DNA of 32,000 nucleotides, from NCBI GenBank assembly GCA_035400625.1, contig DAOMZT010000002.1, forward strand, positions 120,001 through 152,000, written 5' to 3'. Below the pieces are notes generated by a model. The model ran no database searches and had not been told where the DNA came from. It worked only from the letters and a program-made list of their open reading frames with translations. The DNA comes from an archaeon (lineage in GTDB: Archaea; Iainarchaeota; Iainarchaeia; Iainarchaeales; CSSED10-239). Shown piece after piece: positions 28,360 through 32,000 of the stretch (position 1 is the first letter of the stretch; each line of letters opens with the position of its first letter). Made by a program: the position numbers and the translations under genes.

Positions 28360-29133
28360 CTATTTATTTAATTCACATGGAGTTTGACTTCTATATAGTG
28401 TTCCGTCAGAAGTTAAACAAGCATATGCATTGCCTGTTCCTGTTAAATTTACATACTTTGTCGGTACATTTATTTGAACTTGACTGATCGAATTATCATT
28501 TGAACCCGTACTTATTTTTATTCCGAAATCTCCTTGATTTTTACCTAAAGTTACATTATAGGCTAAAAAACTACTTTCTGGACCAACTATTACATTTCCA
28601 ATTCCGACAGGTAAACCATCTGAATTTTGTAACCCTTGTACTTTAAAATAAGGATTTTCTATATAACCTGCATCACTTATAACAAATTCGTGCGCTGTGT
28701 TTACTATCCTTCCGTGTTGTGCAGAAATCCCTACACCTTCTCCATCTGATCTCAATCCAATAACTCCTCCAGCTGAACGTACAAATAAATTATCCTCTGT
28801 TGCGATCTGCATAGACATATTATCAATTGTTTGTGATGGATACATAACAATCCTTGAATTTTGAGAATCTACCATAAATCCATTTGTAGATTGCATAAGT
28901 AATTGATTATTTTCTCGGTTCTTTATTGTGTTAACATTTAATGTATCTAATGTTAGGTTTGTTCTTGCTTCTTCTAGATTTGCCCTCTCACCTAAAGCTT
29001 TCATTGCTTTGCCAGTAGTAACAACTGTTGTTAAAAATAAACCCATTATTAAACCTACAGCTAGACAAATAAGTGCCCAAATAATTAAAGATCTGTTTTC
29101 TTTTTTTGCCATTTTATTACCTCCTTTTTTCAA
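28360..29133 (-). CDS. membrane-anchored (N-terminal TM) extracellular beta-rich protein, unknown family
   Basis: The track start at 29133 is TTG. A consensus GGAGGT (plus 29119-29124) lies 6 nt upstream of the ATG at 29112, so 28360-29112 (250 aa) is the likelier CDS. N-terminus is MAKKENRSLIIWALICLAVGLIMGLFLTTVV. The C-terminus has a Cys pair, GNAYACLTSDGTLYRSQTPC. Confidence 0.8.
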   Translation of the reverse strand: MKKGGNKMAKKENRSLIIWALICLAVGLIMGLFLTTVVTTGKAMKALGERANLEEARTNLTLDTLNVNTIKNRENNQLLMQSTNGFMVDSQNSRIVMYPSQTIDNMSMQIATEDNLFVRSAGGVIGLRSDGEGVGISAQHGRIVNTAHEFVISDAGYIENPYFKVQGLQNSDGLPVGIGNVIVGPESSFLAYNVTLGKNQGDFGIKISTGSNDNSISQVQINVPTKYVNLTGTGNAYACLTSDGTLYRSQTPCELNK

Positions 29134-29222
29134 ATAATTTTAAATTTTATTATGAATTTATTATTATGTTAATAAAATAAAGAATAACCGATTTATTTAT
29201 ATAGGTTAAGTTTAGATGCTAT

Positions 29223-30020
29223 TTAGCTTAAAAGACTAATTGTTAAAAGATCTCTTAAGCCTGTTAAAAAACCAAGTATTATTATTAAAAGCTTAGTATA
29301 GGTTCTTTCTTCTTGCTCTTTTATTAACTTATCAACAAGCCAGAGAAAAAGAAAAGCAAACAAAAGCTTTGCTATCGGGAATAAAAAAGGATTTACCTGT
29401 ATGATTGCCCTAGAAATAGGATGTTGCTCATAAAGTATATCTTTAAAAAAGAAAAAACCACAAAGTGTTGCAGAAAAATCTGTTATTTGACTTAGGATTA
29501 CTAGCTTGTCTTCTGTTTTTTTTAATCTAACAAAGAATTGCAAGAGAAGAAAAATAACAATTATTGAGATAACCGCTATTGCTAAAACCAAAATATGCCT
29601 AATATGAATGATTTCATAAACAAAAAGAGGTATTGAAAGAAAAAGTCCTAGAGAGATCAAGAGCTTATAATATTTTTCTCTTAACATTATTACAGAAAAC
29701 ACAAAACAAACAATAAAAATAAAAGAAAGCAAAAGCAACCAGCCAGGTGTGTGAAAGTAAAAGCCAATCTCTAAAGGGGAAGTAGATGGCTTTACTAACC
29801 ACACACTTGTATAGCTCTGTTCAAGTATTCTTAAAAGCGCACCAAAGAAAACAAAGACAAGCACTCCAAAAATGAAATGCTTGTCAATCTTTACAAATGA
29901 AGCATATTTTTTTACAACCTTGTAGAAACTAAAATAACCTAAAAATACAAAGAAAGTAATAATCGTTGTATTTACTAGATTATATCCCCCACCTACAAAA
30001 TACTTAAAAATATGCTCCAT
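29223..30020 (-). CDS. polytopic membrane protein, resembles the archaeal DUF63 family
   Basis: 265 aa with about 7 hydrophobic helices. YNLVNT near the N-terminus and DFSATLCG...YEQHPISR late in the protein resemble my recollection of DUF63. The family call is tentative. Confidence 0.7.
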   Translation of the reverse strand: MEHIFKYFVGGGYNLVNTTIITFFVFLGYFSFYKVVKKYASFVKIDKHFIFGVLVFVFFGALLRILEQSYTSVWLVKPSTSPLEIGFYFHTPGWLLLLSFIFIVCFVFSVIMLREKYYKLLISLGLFLSIPLFVYEIIHIRHILVLAIAVISIIVIFLLLQFFVRLKKTEDKLVILSQITDFSATLCGFFFFKDILYEQHPISRAIIQVNPFLFPIAKLLFAFLFLWLVDKLIKEQEERTYTKLLIIILGFLTGLRDLLTISLLS

Positions 30021-30041
30021 TTAAATTATTTTAGATTTTAA

Positions 30042-30053
30042 TTTATATATAAA
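30042..30053. promoter_or_regulatory. bidirectional palindromic TATA element TTTATATATAAA
   Basis: Plus-strand TTTATATA (30042-30049) and minus-strand TTTATATA (30053-30046) overlap. The minus box is 26 nt from the ATG at 30020. The plus box is only 10 nt from the ATG at 30059 but about 30 nt from the in-frame ATG at 30080. Confidence 0.45.
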
Positions 30054-30058
30054 ATGAC

Positions 30059-31111
30059 ATGGCAAAATATTTTGTGAAAATGAAGATGAAGGTACTAAAA
30101 GTTGCAAAAAAACAAGCACAAGAAATAATTGCTAAATTAAAAGAAGAACATAATCTTAATAATAACTATAAGATTAAAAGAGATTCTGAAAGTGTATTTA
30201 TACCTGTCCTTAAGATTACAAGCAACATTAAAAAATACGAAGTTGAAGAAAAACTAGAAAAACAAAAAGACAAAAAAAAAGGCTTTAAAGATATTCTTCT
30301 AGAAGATGGAATTTCTAAAGAAATTGTTTCTGAAATTAATAGTGCTTATGATATTGTGGGAGACATAATAATCATTGGCATAGACAAGAAATACAAAAAA
30401 TATTATGCAGAGATTGGCAAGGCTCTTCTTAAATTACATAGTAATGCAAAAACCGTTCTTAACAAGATTGGAGAACATAAAGGCATCTACAGAACACAAG
30501 AGATGGAGCTTGTTTTTGGTGAAGACAAAAGAGTTACAATCATCAAAGAAAACAACTGTAGAATAAAGATTGATGTTGAAAAGGTATTTTGCTCTACTCG
30601 TTTATCAGAAGAAAGAAGAAGAATTGTTTCTTTAGTAAAACCTGGAGAAACTGTAGGGGTGTTTTTTGCAGGTGCTGGCCCTTTTGCATTAAGTATTGCA
30701 AAAAGCAAAGATGTTAATGAGATTGTAGCAATTGAACTTAATGATATAGCAGTTAAATATTTAGAAGAAAATATCAAACTAAACCATGTTGAAGAAATAA
30801 TTAAACCAATCTTAGGTGATGTAAAAACAGAAGCACAAAAATACCCAAACTATTTTGATAGGGTTGTTATGCCTCTTCCAAAGTCTTCTGAGCTTTTCTT
30901 AGATTCTGCGATTTTTTCTGCAAAGAACAATGGAATAATCCATATTTATAAGTTTGTGCCAAAGGATGACCCCTACACAGATACAGAAAAAGATATTTTA
31001 AATATAGCAAAAGCAAATAAAGTAAAGCTAGAAATAATTAACAAAAGAATAATAAGAAGCTACTCTCCTGCAATTGTTCAGATTGTTATGGACTTAAAAT
31101 TAAAGAAATAA
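30059..31111 (+). CDS. trm5: tRNA (guanine37-N1)-methyltransferase Trm5 (Trm5b/Met-10+ family)
   Basis: Collinear with M. jannaschii Trm5b as remembered: YKIKRDSESVFIPV, FCSTRLSEERRRI, VGVFFAGAGPFALSIAK, IELNDIAVKYLEENIKLN, IIKPILGDV, VVMPLPK and the C-terminal IIRSYSP. The likely true start is the ATG at 30080 or 30086 (MKVLKV...), from the TATA position and the alignment. Confidence 0.9.
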   Translation: MAKYFVKMKMKVLKVAKKQAQEIIAKLKEEHNLNNNYKIKRDSESVFIPVLKITSNIKKYEVEEKLEKQKDKKKGFKDILLEDGISKEIVSEINSAYDIVGDIIIIGIDKKYKKYYAEIGKALLKLHSNAKTVLNKIGEHKGIYRTQEMELVFGEDKRVTIIKENNCRIKIDVEKVFCSTRLSEERRRIVSLVKPGETVGVFFAGAGPFALSIAKSKDVNEIVAIELNDIAVKYLEENIKLNHVEEIIKPILGDVKTEAQKYPNYFDRVVMPLPKSSELFLDSAIFSAKNNGIIHIYKFVPKDDPYTDTEKDILNIAKANKVKLEIINKRIIRSYSPAIVQIVMDLKLKK

Positions 31112-31825
31112 TTATTTTACTTTAGGTCTTATATATTTGGGTAATTTGACTCTTGGAATCTTTTGTGGCTTAATTGATGTTACTCTTCTTAACTTAAACC
31201 TCATTGTTTTTCTAAATATTCTTTTAACTCTTTCTTTATTAAAATTTACATACCCTTCTTTATCAAAAAATTTATCTCTTAACCCATTTATTATTTTTAA
31301 TTTGTTTGTAAGTTGCTCTTTAGAGGTCCTATCATAGTGTTTGATTTTGCCTTTTCTTAGTAACTCTTGTTCTGCCTTGTCTATTGCTACAGCTGTTTTT
31401 ATAGTATCTATACTATTATAAAAAACTCTTCGCTTATGTCTTAAAGCAACAGGAATAGCAGATTGCAAAAACAAAGTCATTAATTGCTCAGCCCAATTTT
31501 TAGGATATACAAATCCTTCTGTTACTTTGTTATTTTTAACCCCTTGTACAAAATCAATTTTTAATTTTCCAGAAATTTTGTTATTAGCTAATTGGTGTGG
31601 ATAACTAAAAGATATAATGCCAACAGGTATATATTCTCCCCGAAATTTATAATTAAAAGACACAATATGTCCTGGGCTATTGGCAGGAAGTATAAAGCCA
31701 TCAGGAAAAGTCCAGGCAGAGTGCAATTGTAACTTATAATTAGAAGGTAATTTTTGCCTAATTAAATTTTCTTTTATTTCCTCAATTACCTTTTTTCTTT
31801 TTCTTATTTCTTCTTCAAATGACAT
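31112..31825 (-). CDS. hypothetical protein with K/R/P-rich C-terminal tail
   Basis: 237-aa ORF with ATG start. Its stop codon directly abuts the trm5 stop (31111/31112). Tail is RRVTSIKPQKIPRVKLPKYIRPKVK. No family recognised. Confidence 0.7.
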   Translation of the reverse strand: MSFEEEIRKRKKVIEEIKENLIRQKLPSNYKLQLHSAWTFPDGFILPANSPGHIVSFNYKFRGEYIPVGIISFSYPHQLANNKISGKLKIDFVQGVKNNKVTEGFVYPKNWAEQLMTLFLQSAIPVALRHKRRVFYNSIDTIKTAVAIDKAEQELLRKGKIKHYDRTSKEQLTNKLKIINGLRDKFFDKEGYVNFNKERVKRIFRKTMRFKLRRVTSIKPQKIPRVKLPKYIRPKVK

Positions 31826-31839
31826 TATATCTCACAAGA

Positions 31840-32000
31840 TTACTTCTTCTTTGTTTCTTTTGGCTTTGTTCTTGGTTTTTTGGTTTTTGTTTTTGTGTTG
31901 GTTTTTTGAGGCGTTGGAGTTAATGTTTCTTTTTTTTGTTCAAGTCTTTTAAGTCTTGGACTTACGGCCTTTTGCTCTATTTCTTTTAGCTCTTTTAAAT
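31840..32000 (-). CDS. hypothetical protein, C-terminal 52 codons only (ORF enters from the right window edge), lysine-rich tail
   Basis: Hand translation of the minus frame ending at TAA (31840-31842) is open to position 32000: ...LKELKEIEQKAVSPRLKRLEQKKETLTPTPQKTNTKTKTKKPRTKPKETKKK. It ends 14 nt upstream of the next gene's ATG. The sequence is low-complexity, so coding status is uncertain. Confidence 0.4.
   Translation of the reverse strand, partial: LKELKEIEQKAVSPRLKRLEQKKETLTPTPQKTNTKTKTKKPRTKPKETKKK

Noticed and set aside
28360-29133. Calling the 250-aa anchored protein a type IV pilin/archaellin substrate of the nearby ATPase
   Set aside because: The N-terminus lacks the canonical [KR]-[GA] cleavage dipeptide before the hydrophobic stretch (it has R-S). 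The gene is 12 kb from the ATPase operon with its own promoter and terminator. It is kept only as a low-confidence possibility in the findings.
4543-31337. Other antisense ORFs in the track: 4543-4908, 6381-6584, 9234-9452, 11464-11682, 11683-11865, 13507-13806, 14780-14986, 15420-15671, 15631-15825, 16130-16357, 17593-17850, 28928-29137, 30487-30777 and 31137-31337
   Set aside because: Each is fully contained in a longer ORF on the opposite strand that has recognisable motifs or a coherent membrane or secretory architecture. None has its own promoter or SD context.

Overview
AT-rich, very tightly packed archaeal chromosome segment. Archaeal or eukaryal-type markers include a GGAAC sarcin-ricin loop in the 23S rRNA, an archaeal-type LeuRS, Trm5b, a Bud23-like methyltransferase and a Ygr210-type GTPase. 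TTTATATA-like boxes sit 22-26 nt upstream of several start codons. Gene content and style suggest a small-genome, DPANN-like archaeon (inference). Left to right the window holds: a truncated basic orphan gene; a stand-alone 23S rRNA gene (minus strand, no 16S or 5S nearby) with a visible long-range processing helix; an Obg/Ygr210-type GTPase; and a long minus-strand run. That run contains leuS, two orphan basic proteins, a secreted anchored protein, a Bud23-like MTase, MscS, tRNA-Asp, DedA and a three-gene type IV filament-like operon. The window continues with a degenerate PRPP-synthetase homologue, a PPC/DUF296 protein, one giant 9.9 kb ORF, tRNA-Asn, a membrane-anchored beta-rich protein, a DUF63-like membrane protein, Trm5, and two more basic orphan genes. 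The two most unusual items are as follows. (1) The 3,311-aa cysteine-framed surface protein is built from six ~1.15 kb four-module super-repeats whose DNA is mosaic, with identical tracts at one-unit and two-unit offsets. (2) The type IV filament-like operon has an assembly ATPase carrying an N-terminal ferredoxin-like Cys-cluster domain and a platform split into two single-domain genes, with no pilin or prepilin peptidase in cis. Together with two other anchored secreted proteins, these look like a cell-surface or attachment gene neighbourhood (hypothesis). No CRISPR array, transposase, integrase or recognisable defence genes were seen.
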